Source: an uncultured bacterium | Lineage (GTDB): Bacteria > Lernaellota > Lernaellaia > Lernaellales > Lernaellaceae | Assembly (NCBI GenBank): GCA_964534375.1 | Contig: CAZHPN010000035.1 | Coordinates: forward strand, 1 to 40,859 | DNA length: 40,859 bases | Direction of reading: 5' to 3' | Part shown: one piece after another, positions 26,699 to 36,245 of the stretch | How positions within the stretch are numbered: position 1 is the stretch's first letter | How the letters are laid out: the number at the start of each line of letters is the position of its first letter | The notes under the pieces: generated by a model | What the model was told of the DNA's origin: nothing | Database searches by the model: none | Seen by the model: the letters and a program-made list of their open reading frames with translations, nothing else | Position numbers and translations under genes: made by a program

Positions 26699-26765
26699 CG
26701 CGCGGCTTGACTTGCCGCCGCTGGTTCTTACTTTCTGTTAAACCATTTCCCAAGGAGCGACGACC

Positions 26766-27155
26766 ATGGAACGCCTGCAAGTCATTCAATGTCAGGATGC
26801 GGATTGTCACAATTGGCTCGAAGTGCTGGTCGGCTGCGACTGCGGCGACGAATGCGAGATCGCCTGCCACGACACGCCGATGAAAACGCTGCCCGTGCAA
26901 ACGGCGGACAAGACGACGGAAAAGCACGTGCCGTTGATCCAAAGCGTGCCGGAAGGCACGAAAGTCGTGGTGGGTTCGACGCTGCACCCGATGCTCGAGA
27001 ATCATTACATCATGATGATCGAGTTGATGGACGGCGATTACGTTTATCGCAAATATCTCAAGCCGGGCGAGGCCCCCGAGGCCGTGTTTCCGATCAAGGC
27101 GAAGAACCCGGTCGCCCGCGAACTGTGCAATCTGCACGGGCTGTGGAAAGGATAA
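26766..27155 (+). CDS. dfx: desulfoferrodoxin / superoxide reductase
   Basis: EKHVP, HPM, HYI and CNLHGLW centre II ligands; atypical Cys-rich N-terminal domain. Confidence 0.93.
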   Translation: MERLQVIQCQDADCHNWLEVLVGCDCGDECEIACHDTPMKTLPVQTADKTTEKHVPLIQSVPEGTKVVVGSTLHPMLENHYIMMIELMDGDYVYRKYLKPGEAPEAVFPIKAKNPVARELCNLHGLWKG

Positions 27156-27158
27156 TTC

Positions 27159-27665
27159 ATGGCGAAGTTGAACAAAAAAGTGCAAACGGCGCTGAACGAT
27201 CAACTGAATTTCGAGATCGCGTCGGGCTATTTGTACTGGGGGATGGCGGCGTATTTCGAAACGCTGAACCTCCCGGGGTTCGCACACTGGATGGCGGCGC
27301 AGTATCACGAAGAGACGAACGTGCACGCGCGCAAGCTGTACGCGTTTCTCAACGAACGCGGGGCGCGTGCGGAATTGCAGGCGATCGAAAAGCCGCCCCT
27401 GACGTGGGATTCGCCGCTCGCGGCGTTCGAAGCGGCCTACGCGCACGAACTCAAAGTCACCGATCGCATCTATAAGATCGCCGATTTGGCGCGGCAGGAA
27501 GGCGATTGGGCGACGGTCGAATTTCTCGATTGGTTCATTGCCGAACAGGTCGAGGAAGAGAAGCAGACCGACGACGTCGTGCAGATGCTGAAAATGGCCG
27601 GCGACAAGAACGTCAACGCGCTGTTCGTAATCAACGCCAAGCTCGGCGAACGCAAATTCGGTTGA
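27159..27665 (+). CDS. ftn: non-heme ferritin
   Basis: LNDQLNFE, GFAHW, HELKVT, FLDWFIAEQVEEE. Confidence 0.93.
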   Translation: MAKLNKKVQTALNDQLNFEIASGYLYWGMAAYFETLNLPGFAHWMAAQYHEETNVHARKLYAFLNERGARAELQAIEKPPLTWDSPLAAFEAAYAHELKVTDRIYKIADLARQEGDWATVEFLDWFIAEQVEEEKQTDDVVQMLKMAGDKNVNALFVINAKLGERKFG

Positions 27666-27691
27666 TGGCGCGCTTTCCGTAAAAGTTGAGC

Positions 27692-27722
27692 AATTCCTCC
27701 CCGCCTGGGGAGGAATTTTTTT
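27692..27722 (+). terminator. Rho-independent terminator-like hairpin between ftn and cydA
   Basis: aattcctcccc-gcct-ggggaggaatt followed by a T run. Confidence 0.75.
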
Positions 27723-27745
27723 AGAAAACAAAGAGGAGGCGACCC

Positions 27746-29083
27746 GTGGACGCGACCTTGCTCGCCCGCATTCAATTCGCCGTGACCGTCAGTTTCCATT
27801 TCATTTTTCCCCAATTGACCATCGGTATGTCGTGGCTCTTGTTCTGGATGATGGCCCGTTGGGTGCGGACCGGCGACGCCCGCTACCGCACCATGGCTCG
27901 CTTCTGGACGCACGTCTTTGCCCTCGGTTTCGCGGTCGGCGTCGCCACGGGCGTGGTCATGGAGTTTCAATTCGGCACGAACTGGGCGGCGTACGCCCGC
28001 TACGTCGGCGATATCTTCGGGGCGCCGCTCGCCGCGGAAGGCGTGTTCGCCTTCTTCCTCGAGTCGACGTTCCTCGGCATGCTCTTGTTCGGCTGGAACA
28101 AACTTTCGCCGAAGACGCACCTGTTTTCCTCGGCGATGGTCGCGCTCGGTTCGACGTTGTCGGCGTTCTGGATCATTGTCGCCAATTCGTGGCAGCAGAC
28201 GCCGGTGGGCTACCACCTCGTCAACGGCCGCGCCGAGATGACCAGCTTCGCCGAGGTCGTCTTCAACCCGTCGACGATCATTCGCTTGCTGCACACGGTC
28301 GACGGCGCGTTGATCGCCGGTTCGCTGTTCGTACTCGGCCTTTCGGCGTGGTTTCTGCTCCGCAAACGGCACGTGGCCTTCGCCGTCGATTCCATGCAGT
28401 TCGCGCTGATATTGGGGCTGGTCGCCACCGGCGTGCAGTTGTTCATCGGCCACGGTCACGCGGTGCAGGTGTATAAGACCCAGCCGGCCAAACTGGCGGC
28501 CTTTGAAGGCCATTTCAACACGGAAGCGAACGCCGACCTGCTGGTCTTCGGCGTGCCCGACGTCGCGGCGGAGAAGACCTATTTCCGCATCCCGCTGCCG
28601 GGCATGCTCAGTTACGGCGTGTCCGGCGACTTCTCGACGCCGATCAAAGGCTTGAAAGACTTTCCGCGCGACGAGTGGCCGCCGGTGCTGCTGACGTTCT
28701 TCCCGTTCCATACGATGGTCGCCCTGTGGGTGATCATGCTGCTCGTGACGATCTGGGGCGTCATCCTGCTCTGGCGCGGGACGCTGCCGGACAACCCCCT
28801 CTATTTGCGGCTGGCGCTGTGGGCGATCCCCGCCCCGATCCTCGCCAGCACGCTCGGCTGGATGACGGCGGAGGTCGGCCGCCAGCCGTGGATCGTCTAC
28901 GGCCTGCTGCGCACGAAGGACGCCGTATCCACGACGGTCGGCGCCGGCGAAATCGCCTTCTCGTTGGTCTTCTTGTCGCTGGTGTACGCGGCGCTGTTCG
29001 CCGTCTGGATCTTCCTGCTGCGGCGCCGGCTGGCGCTGGGGCCGGAAGAAGCGGAAACGACCGGAAAGGGGGCGACGGCATGA
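27746..29083 (+). CDS. cydA: cytochrome bd ubiquinol oxidase subunit I (short Q-loop)
   Basis: FHFIF, EFQFGTNW, FFLES, QPAKLAAFEG, FHTM, AEVGRQPW. Confidence 0.97.
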   Translation: MDATLLARIQFAVTVSFHFIFPQLTIGMSWLLFWMMARWVRTGDARYRTMARFWTHVFALGFAVGVATGVVMEFQFGTNWAAYARYVGDIFGAPLAAEGVFAFFLESTFLGMLLFGWNKLSPKTHLFSSAMVALGSTLSAFWIIVANSWQQTPVGYHLVNGRAEMTSFAEVVFNPSTIIRLLHTVDGALIAGSLFVLGLSAWFLLRKRHVAFAVDSMQFALILGLVATGVQLFIGHGHAVQVYKTQPAKLAAFEGHFNTEANADLLVFGVPDVAAEKTYFRIPLPGMLSYGVSGDFSTPIKGLKDFPRDEWPPVLLTFFPFHTMVALWVIMLLVTIWGVILLWRGTLPDNPLYLRLALWAIPAPILASTLGWMTAEVGRQPWIVYGLLRTKDAVSTTVGAGEIAFSLVFLSLVYAALFAVWIFLLRRRLALGPEEAETTGKGATA

Positions 29084-30096
29084 GCGCGCTGCAAGTGATT
29101 TGGTATTTCCTCGTGGGCGTGTTGCTCACCGGCTACGCGCTCCTCGACGGCTTCGATCTCGGCACGGGTTGGTGGCTGCTGCGCGAAAAGGATCCGCAGC
29201 AGCGCCGGCGGATGCTCAACGCGATCGGGCCGGTCTGGGACGGCAACGAAGTGTGGCTGCTCACCGGCGGCGGCGCGCTCTTCGCCGCCTTTCCGCCCGT
29301 GTACGCCTCGGTCTTTTCGGGCATGTATCTGGCGTTGATCCTCGTGCTCTTCGGCCTGATCCTGCGGGCGACGGCCATCGAGTTTCGCAGCCAGATCGAG
29401 AGCCCGAAATGGCGCAGCTTCTGGGATCTCGCCTTCGGCGTCGGCAGTCTGCTGCCCGCCTTGCTTTTCGGCGTGGCGCTCGGCAACGTCGTGCGCGGCA
29501 TCGATCTCGCGCCGAACGGCGACTATCTCGGCTCGTTTTTCGATCTGCTCAACCCGTACGCGCTGTACGCCGGCGTCTTCGGCCTCGTGGTCTTCATCGT
29601 CCACGGCGGCCTCTACCAGTTGGTGAAACTGGACGGCGACGCCGAGGCGGGCATCAAGAAAAGCCTCTATCTGTGGTGGCGCGCGTACCTGGCGCTGTTC
29701 ATCCTGATCGGGCCGGCCACGGCGATTTTCGCGGGCCACATGTTCGGCAACTTCATGCGGCATCCGCTGCTCTTCTGCGTGCCGTCGGCCATCCTCGCCG
29801 GGATCATCATGGTCTGGATCTACCTCCAGACCGGGAAGTATTTCAAAGCGTTCCTCGCCAACTGCGTCGCGATCGCCTCGCTGCTGTTCACCGTCGGCAC
29901 GATGATGTTCCCGAACCTCGTGTGGGCGAAAGACAAAGCGCTTTCGCTGACGGCGTACAATTCGTCGTCCTCCGAATTGACGCTGACCGTGATGCTCGTC
30001 GTCGCCCTCCTCGGCGTGCCGCTGGTGCTGCTCTACAACCTCTGGGTCTACCGCACTTTCGCCGGCAAGATGAAACAGGAAGAGTTTCATTACTGA
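29080..30096 (+). CDS. cydB: cytochrome bd ubiquinol oxidase subunit II
   Basis: LDGFDLG, IGPVWDGNEVWL..GGALFAAFP; ATGA overlap with cydA; 338 aa. Confidence 0.97.
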   Translation: MSALQVIWYFLVGVLLTGYALLDGFDLGTGWWLLREKDPQQRRRMLNAIGPVWDGNEVWLLTGGGALFAAFPPVYASVFSGMYLALILVLFGLILRATAIEFRSQIESPKWRSFWDLAFGVGSLLPALLFGVALGNVVRGIDLAPNGDYLGSFFDLLNPYALYAGVFGLVVFIVHGGLYQLVKLDGDAEAGIKKSLYLWWRAYLALFILIGPATAIFAGHMFGNFMRHPLLFCVPSAILAGIIMVWIYLQTGKYFKAFLANCVAIASLLFTVGTMMFPNLVWAKDKALSLTAYNSSSSELTLTVMLVVALLGVPLVLLYNLWVYRTFAGKMKQEEFHY

Positions 30097-30193
30097 GCGC
30101 CGCGGCGCCGGAGTTTGTGCATTGATTTTTTGACGAGATCGACAGGACTCCGGAATCTCGATTTCAGATTGCGGATTGAGGAAGGTTTTTGAC

Positions 30194-30336
30194 AGGATCA
30201 ACAGGATCAATGGGCCTGTTTCAAATGTAGTCGAGGGGATCAATTTCCTAGACTCCGTTGTCGCGCCATGGTGTGGCGAACAAGCGCCATTGTTCATTGT
30301 TCGCTGCTCACTGATCCCGTTGATCCTGTTGATCCT
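30194..30336. repeat. 143-nt element bounded by 21-nt inverted repeats built of AGGATCAAC units
   Basis: aggatcaacaggatcaatggg / cccgttgatcctgttgatcct (20/21 match). Confidence 0.8.
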
Positions 30337-30386
30337 CCCCAAAAAGACCGCGTTCAAACTCATGATCTTGCCGAAATCGTCCCGCA

Positions 30387-30415
30387 TTGACTCAGGACGG
30401 TGTTTTGAGTATGGT
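30387..30415 (+). promoter_or_regulatory. sigma70-like promoter candidate for typA
   Basis: TTGACT-N17-TATGGT. Confidence 0.5.
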
Positions 30416-30545
30416 CTGCCGCCGTCGTGGACGGCCCGAAACGAATCCGCGTGATGCCGCGCGCCTCTGGGATTGCCGAACAAATTCCAGAAATTTTTCG
30501 CCGATGCGGAATACGCAGAAATGAAACTCGTTTGAAAGCAACGTC

Positions 30546-32399
30546 ATGATTCGAACCAAATTCCCCGTCCGGCGGCGGGAGAACATCCGCAATATCGCGA
30601 TCATCGCGCACGTCGACCACGGCAAGACGACGCTGGTCGACAAGATGCTGGCGCAGTCCGGCAGCTTTCTGCGCGGCGAGTCCGATGTCGAGCAGGCGCT
30701 GGATTCCGGCGAGTTGGAGCGCGAACGCGGCATTACCATCCTTTCGAAGTGCACCTCGCTCGATTTCGACGGCTGCCACATCAACGTCGTCGACACCCCC
30801 GGACACGCGGATTTCGGCGGCGAGGTCGAACGCGTGATGCGCATGGTCGATTCCGCCCTCCTGCTGGTGGACGCGTTCGAAGGCCCGATGCCGCAGACGC
30901 GCTTCGTCACGCGCAAAGCGTTGGCGCGCGGCCTGCGCCCGATTCTCGTCGTCAACAAGATCGATCGGCCGGGTTGCGACCTGCACGCGGTCGTCGACGC
31001 CGTGTTGAACCTGTTCATTTCGCTGGACGCCACCGAAGAGCAGTGCGACTTCCCGGTCCTGTACGCGTCGGCGCGGCTGGGTTACGCCATCCGGTCGCCG
31101 AACGACTCGCCCGTCGATCTGACGCCGCTGTTCGAAGTGATTCGCGACCACGTGCCGGCCCCCGAGGTGGACCCCGACGCCTCGCCGGCCTTGCAAGTCA
31201 CCACGTTCGGCCACGACGAATATCTGGGCAGCATGGCGATCGGCCGCGTCGAATCGGGCGTCTTTCGCCCCGGCGAACGCGCGCTGCTGATCCGGCAGGA
31301 CGGCCGGCAGGACCCGTTCCGCATCAACAACGTCTTGGCGTTTCGCGGCCTGCACCGCTTCGACATCGACCAGGGAACCGCCGGCGACATCGTCGCCATC
31401 ACGGGGATGGACGACCTGAACGTCGGCGAAACCATCACCTCCGTCGAGAATCCGCGCGTGCTGCCGCTGATCGAGGTCGATCCGCCCACCGTGCGCATGG
31501 CGTTCATGACCAATACTTCGCCGACGGTCGGCAAAGAGGGGCGGTTCATCACCAGCGCGAAGCTGAAGGAACGGCTCGACCGCGAAAAGAAATCCAACGT
31601 CTCGCTGCGGGTCGAGGCCACCGAAACCACCGACACGTTCCTGGTCAGCGGGCGCGGCGAACTGCACCTTTCGGTGCTGATCGAGACGTTGCGGCGCGAA
31701 GGTTACGAGTTCATGGTGTCGCGCCCGAAGGTGGTGACGAAAACGGCCGACGACGGCACGGTCCTCGAACCTTACGAAGAGGTCGTCATCGACCTGGAGA
31801 CGGCGCACACGGGCACGGTCATCGAGTCGCTCGGCCAACGTTTCGGCCGCGTCGCCGCCATTCGCGATGTGGGCGTCGGCCGCTCGCGGATCGAGATTCT
31901 CATCCCGACCCGCGGCCTGTTCGGCTATCGCTCGCGCTTTCTGACCGACACGCACGGCACAGGGGTCATGAGCGCCGTGTTCCATCACTACGGGCCGTGG
32001 GCGGGCGAGATCAAGGAGCGCGCGAACGGCGTCATGATCGCGCAGGAACCGTGCACCACGGTGACCTACGCGCTCTGGAAACTGGAAGACCGCGGCGAGT
32101 TTTTCATGGGCCCGGGCGTGCGCGTTTACGAAGGGCAGATCATCGGCTTGCACACGCGGGAAAACGACCTGGTCGTCAATCCGGGCAAAGCGAAAAAACT
32201 GACCAACATGCGCGCCGCCGGCAGCGATGAAAAGAATTTTCTGACGCCCGTCCGCGACATGACCATCGAGGAAGCCGTCGAACTCATCAACGACGACGAA
32301 CTGGTGGAGTTCACGCCGAAGTCCATTCGTCTGCGCAAGAAGATTCTCGACTACAACGAGCGGCGCCAGGCCGAAAGGGCCGACCGGCCGAAAATGTAA
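30546..32399 (+). CDS. typA: translational GTPase TypA/BipA
   Basis: [61 protein letters not shown]. Confidence 0.98.
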   Translation: MIRTKFPVRRRENIRNIAIIAHVDHGKTTLVDKMLAQSGSFLRGESDVEQALDSGELERERGITILSKCTSLDFDGCHINVVDTPGHADFGGEVERVMRMVDSALLLVDAFEGPMPQTRFVTRKALARGLRPILVVNKIDRPGCDLHAVVDAVLNLFISLDATEEQCDFPVLYASARLGYAIRSPNDSPVDLTPLFEVIRDHVPAPEVDPDASPALQVTTFGHDEYLGSMAIGRVESGVFRPGERALLIRQDGRQDPFRINNVLAFRGLHRFDIDQGTAGDIVAITGMDDLNVGETITSVENPRVLPLIEVDPPTVRMAFMTNTSPTVGKEGRFITSAKLKERLDREKKSNVSLRVEATETTDTFLVSGRGELHLSVLIETLRREGYEFMVSRPKVVTKTADDGTVLEPYEEVVIDLETAHTGTVIESLGQRFGRVAAIRDVGVGRSRIEILIPTRGLFGYRSRFLTDTHGTGVMSAVFHHYGPWAGEIKERANGVMIAQEPCTTVTYALWKLEDRGEFFMGPGVRVYEGQIIGLHTRENDLVVNPGKAKKLTNMRAAGSDEKNFLTPVRDMTIEEAVELINDDELVEFTPKSIRLRKKILDYNERRQAERADRPKM

Positions 32400-32451
32400 G
32401 GGCGATGCTTGCCATCGCCCTCCGAATCAGGGCGAACGCAAGGTTCGCCCC
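32396..32451. repeat. GTAG-type REP doublet overlapping the typA stop
   Basis: GTAA-gggcgatg-cttgc-catcgccc followed by gggcgaac-gcaag-gttcgccc. Confidence 0.7.
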
Positions 32452-32524
32452 GGCTTGCCGCCGTCTCGCCGATACTTATTATTTGGCGTTGGCAAATCGC
32501 GAGGCAAACCGGAGGCGAAATAGC

Positions 32525-33190
32525 ATGAAGGTCATTCTCTTTGGCGCGACCGGCATGGTCGGGCAGGGCGTGTTGCGCGAATGTCTGCTCGACCCCGAGG
32601 TGGAGTCTGTGCTCGCGGTCGGGCGGCGCGCGACCGGGCAGCAGCACGAAAAACTGCGCGAACTCGTACACAAAGATTTCTTCGATTTCTCGTCCGTCGA
32701 GGGCGAACTCACGGGTTACGACGCCTGTTTTTTCTGCCTCGGCGTCTCTTCCGCCGGCATGAACGAAAAAGACTACGCGCACGTGACGTACGACATCACG
32801 ATCGCGGCGGCGCAGGTTCTCGCGCGGCGCAACCCCGGCCTGACGTTCATTTACGTCTCGGGCGCCGGAACCGACAGCACCGAACGCGGCCGCATGATGT
32901 GGGCGCGCGTCAAAGGCAAAACGGAGAACGCGCTGCTCGGCATGCCCTTCAAGGCCGCGTACATGTTCCGGCCGGCGCTCATCCAACCGTTGCACGGCAT
33001 CACGTCGAGCACGCGCATGACGCGGGCGCTCTACGCGGTTGCCGGGCCGCTGTTCCCCGTGGTGAAAGCGCTTTTCCCGAAATATGCGACGACGACGGAG
33101 CGGGTGGGACGGGCCATGATCCGGAGCGCGAAAAACGGCGCGCCCAGCCACGTGCTCGAAAACCGCGAAATCGACAACCTCGGCGCCTGA
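32525..33190 (+). CDS. NAD(P)-binding Rossmann protein (atypical SDR/epimerase-like)
   Basis: MKVILFGATGMVGQG, ACFFCLG, WARVKGKTEN; GGAGG RBS; 221 aa. Confidence 0.88.
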   Translation: MKVILFGATGMVGQGVLRECLLDPEVESVLAVGRRATGQQHEKLRELVHKDFFDFSSVEGELTGYDACFFCLGVSSAGMNEKDYAHVTYDITIAAAQVLARRNPGLTFIYVSGAGTDSTERGRMMWARVKGKTENALLGMPFKAAYMFRPALIQPLHGITSSTRMTRALYAVAGPLFPVVKALFPKYATTTERVGRAMIRSAKNGAPSHVLENREIDNLGA

Positions 33191-33247
33191 CGCGAGGCCG
33201 TGGAAATCGCCGTTCGGCCGATCGCGCGGCCGGCGCGGCTGCCGCGG

Positions 33248-34048
33248 CTAGGCCGGCGTTTCGGCCGCCGGCATCGCCGCGGCGCGGCGCAGCCGCCAAG
33301 CGTTGAGGGCGAGGCCGCCGGCGACCAGCAGCATGCCGACGCCGATCCATTGCGAGGTGGAGAGCGGCCCGTATTGGCCGCGATCGTCGTCGCCGCGGAC
33401 GAATTCGATGGCGAAGCGCGCCACGGCATACCACGCGATTTGCAGCGCGATCAATTCGCCGGGTTGGCGGCGCGGCAGGCGGCGCCAGGCGAGCAGGGCG
33501 GGGAACATCAGCAGCACGGCCGCGGCCTCGTAAAGCTGCGTCGGATGCACGGGCACGGGGCCGAACGTGGCCGTGGCCGGGGCCGCCGGCGGGAAACGCA
33601 CGCCCCACGGCAGCGTCGTCGGCCGGCCGAAACAGCAGCCGGCGCAAAAGCAGCCGACGGCGCGATGCAGGGCGAGGCCGAGCGGCATATACGTGGCGGC
33701 GATATCCAGAAAGCGCAGCACCGGCTGTTTGGCGATCCGATAAAAGAGGCTCGCAAAAATGACGGCGCCGAGGTAGCCGCCGTAAAAGACGTGGCCGTAG
33801 CCGATCTTGGTCAGGCTCGCCGGGTCCAGCCGATACGTGCGCCAATTGACGGCGATATCCATGGCCTTCGACGCGAAAAAGATCGCGATGATGCCGACAA
33901 ACAGCCCCTGCAGCATCCGGTCGGCGTTGAGCTTTTCGAATTCGGCCCGCCGCACCGAAAGCCCGGCGCAGAGGATGATCCCCGCGGCGAAGGTCAGGCT
34001 GTACACATGAATGGGGAAACTCCCCACGCGAAAGAGAATCGGATGCAT
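33248..34048 (-). CDS. lgt: prolipoprotein diacylglyceryl transferase (Lgt) family protein, GCC-type
   Basis: MHPILF, VFYGG, GCFCAGCCFG, PWGVRFP, HPTQLYE, RFAIEFVR. Confidence 0.8.
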   Translation of the reverse strand: MHPILFRVGSFPIHVYSLTFAAGIILCAGLSVRRAEFEKLNADRMLQGLFVGIIAIFFASKAMDIAVNWRTYRLDPASLTKIGYGHVFYGGYLGAVIFASLFYRIAKQPVLRFLDIAATYMPLGLALHRAVGCFCAGCCFGRPTTLPWGVRFPPAAPATATFGPVPVHPTQLYEAAAVLLMFPALLAWRRLPRRQPGELIALQIAWYAVARFAIEFVRGDDDRGQYGPLSTSQWIGVGMLLVAGGLALNAWRLRRAAAMPAAETPA

Positions 34049-34060
34049 GCGGTGGGCGTC

Positions 34061-34546
34061 TCAGTTCGTCGTCAAAATGTGGTCGTCGTACCACGTTTCG
34101 AGCATGTTCTTATGTTGGCGTTCTTCGTGGGCGAGACGATCGAACAGCGCCTGCGCGACCGGGTCGGCGGTCAGGCCGCCCGCCGCGGCGTAAAACGATT
34201 CGGCGAACGCCTCTTTCTTGATCGCGGCCATCAGCGTTTCCTGCACCGTGCTCGCCGCGGTGACGCGGATGTCGGGCATGAACTCCGCGAGGCCCAGGTC
34301 GGCGAAGCCGCGCGGCACGCCGATGAATTCGAATTTCCCTTCGGTTTGCGCGCGCACGAGCATCGTTTCGTGGGCGACTTCTTCTTGGTAGAGGTCGCCG
34401 AGCATCGCTTTGCCCCCGGGATCTTTCACCAGGGTCTGCGCGGTCCGATAAAACGCCTGGGCGTCGCGTTCGCGCTCGATGGCGAAGGCGTAGATTTCGT
34501 TGAGGGGCATGTCTTTGACGGCGGCAAGCAGGCGTTGCGTATCCAT
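34061..34546 (-). CDS. ferritin-like (rubrerythrin di-iron domain) protein
   Basis: ERDAQAFY..EVAH; EAFAESFY..ERQH; TGATG coupling; 161 aa. Confidence 0.85.
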   Translation of the reverse strand: MDTQRLLAAVKDMPLNEIYAFAIERERDAQAFYRTAQTLVKDPGGKAMLGDLYQEEVAHETMLVRAQTEGKFEFIGVPRGFADLGLAEFMPDIRVTAASTVQETLMAAIKKEAFAESFYAAAGGLTADPVAQALFDRLAHEERQHKNMLETWYDDHILTTN

Positions 34547-35043
34547 CACGCCACCTCGTGGAATTTTTCTTTGGCGGCCTGGCAGATCGGGCATTCGTCG
34601 GGCGCCTCGCCGTCGCCGATGTAGCCGCAGACGCTGCACACGTAATACTTGGTCTGGCGTTCTTCCATCAGGTGATCGAGCGCACGTTTGTAGATATTGG
34701 CGTGGAACTCCTCGACGTCGCGGGCGCGCGAGAAGATCAGGGCGGCCGGCCGCTCGCCTTCCTCCTCGGCGTCTTTGATCAGCGCGGGGTACTTCTCGTT
34801 CTTCGCCATCAACTCGCGCTCGAAGGCCGCCTTCAGGTTCGTTTCCGTGTCCTGCACGACGCCGCGCAGCCGCAGGGCGTTGCGGCAGTGCACCGCTTCC
34901 GCGTCGGCGATGGCGCGGAACATGTGCGCGATTTGCGGATAGCCGTCTTTCGCCGCGCGCTCGGCGTAGGCCGTGTTGCGGAAAAACGCTTCGGCTTCGC
35001 CCTGAAACGCGAGCTTCAGCCCGGCTTGCGTCTTCTCACCCAT
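34546..35043 (-). CDS. short rubrerythrin-family protein
   Basis: AFQGEAEA, EAVH, EEFH, YYVCSVCGY..CPIC; 165 aa. Confidence 0.92.
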   Translation of the reverse strand: MGEKTQAGLKLAFQGEAEAFFRNTAYAERAAKDGYPQIAHMFRAIADAEAVHCRNALRLRGVVQDTETNLKAAFERELMAKNEKYPALIKDAEEEGERPAALIFSRARDVEEFHANIYKRALDHLMEERQTKYYVCSVCGYIGDGEAPDECPICQAAKEKFHEVA

Positions 35044-35066
35044 GGCGTCACCCCCTTCGGCTGCGG

Positions 35067-35564
35067 TTATGGTCCGACGTGGATCAGGTCTTCGGTGTCT
35101 TCGAACCACAACGGCGCTTTTTTGAAGAAATCCATCTCGGCCTTCAGTTGCCGTTCGTGGCCGCGTTCGAATTCGACCAGGTAATCGAGCATGCGCCGGC
35201 CGCGCGGATCGGCGCTGATTTTCGCCGCCTCGCTGTACAGCTTTTGCGCGTCGCGTTCGGCCGCGATGGCGAATTGCAGCGCCGCGTCGACGCCGAATTT
35301 TTGGAAGTCGAACTTTTCGTCCCGGGCGAACTCCATCGCCGGCGTGGGCGGGGCCTTGGCTTCGCCGGTCATTCGTTTGTATTCGGCCAGGAGCAGCGCG
35401 CGGTGCAGGCGTTCGTCTTTCGCCAGTGCGAGGAAGCGGTTCTTGACGATCGGATTGACGATGTGCTCGGCGAGCTTGCGATAAAAGGTCGCGGCGTCGA
35501 GTTCCTTCTTGATGGCGATGCCGAGGATCTCGATCACGGTCAGCCGGGCGTACAAATGCGGCAT
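35067..35564 (-). CDS. ferritin-like (rubrerythrin di-iron domain) protein
   Basis: ELDAATFY..ERLH; ERDAQKLY..ERGH; GGAGG RBS; 165 aa. Confidence 0.85.
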   Translation of the reverse strand: MPHLYARLTVIEILGIAIKKELDAATFYRKLAEHIVNPIVKNRFLALAKDERLHRALLLAEYKRMTGEAKAPPTPAMEFARDEKFDFQKFGVDAALQFAIAAERDAQKLYSEAAKISADPRGRRMLDYLVEFERGHERQLKAEMDFFKKAPLWFEDTEDLIHVGP

Positions 35565-35580
35565 GCTGTCCCTCCGGGCG

Positions 35581-36048
35581 TCAGTCTTCGACGTGGCCGG
35601 CGTAGTCGACGTCCAGCCAGTAAAAATCGCCGGTGACCGCCGCGATTTCGGCGCGCACGATGGCGAAGTGGCCCCATTCCTGTTCGGCCAGCGCCTGGCA
35701 GAGGCCGCGCAGGCGGTCGTCGCCGGCGTCGATCGCCATCGCTTCGTAGAGCGTGGCGGCGGTTTTTTCGTGGGCGAGCGCGAGCTCGAGGGCGTCGACG
35801 GCGCCGGATTGCGTGTCGATGGCGATCTCGATTTTCTCGACGGCCCCCGGGTCGATTGGCGGCAAGGCGCCGAACTGCTTCGCCCACCATTCTTCCAGCA
35901 ATTTGCGGTGGCCGATCTCGTCCTTGGCCAACTTCGCGAAGGTCTCGGCCCCTTCGGCGCTTTTGATGCTTTTGGAAAGCCGGTCGTACAAATCGAATGC
36001 GGCCTGCTCGCGGCAAACCGCCTCGATCCACAACTTTTTCGTGCCCAT
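35581..36048 (-). CDS. ferritin-like (rubrerythrin di-iron domain) protein
   Basis: EQAAFDLY..EIGH; EKTAATLY..EWGH; 155 aa. Confidence 0.82.
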   Translation of the reverse strand: MGTKKLWIEAVCREQAAFDLYDRLSKSIKSAEGAETFAKLAKDEIGHRKLLEEWWAKQFGALPPIDPGAVEKIEIAIDTQSGAVDALELALAHEKTAATLYEAMAIDAGDDRLRGLCQALAEQEWGHFAIVRAEIAAVTGDFYWLDVDYAGHVED

Positions 36049-36245
36049 CGCTCGGAACGCCCCCGCGTTTTTGGTCCGGCCGTCGAACGCGACCGAGAAT
36101 AACATAAGCACGGCGGCGCGAAAAGCCGAACACCGTGAAGAACCGAGAGCGAAGAACGAAGAAGGAACGAGGAAACAAGCTGCCCTGACGCGCTGCTTGC
36201 ATTCGCCGGGCGGCAGCGCCAAACTGCGCCATCCAAGCATGCTTT

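Noticed and set aside
34061..36048. Ferritin-like proteins as encapsulin cargo
   Set aside because: No L-x-I/V-GSL-type targeting peptide and no encapsulin gene in the window
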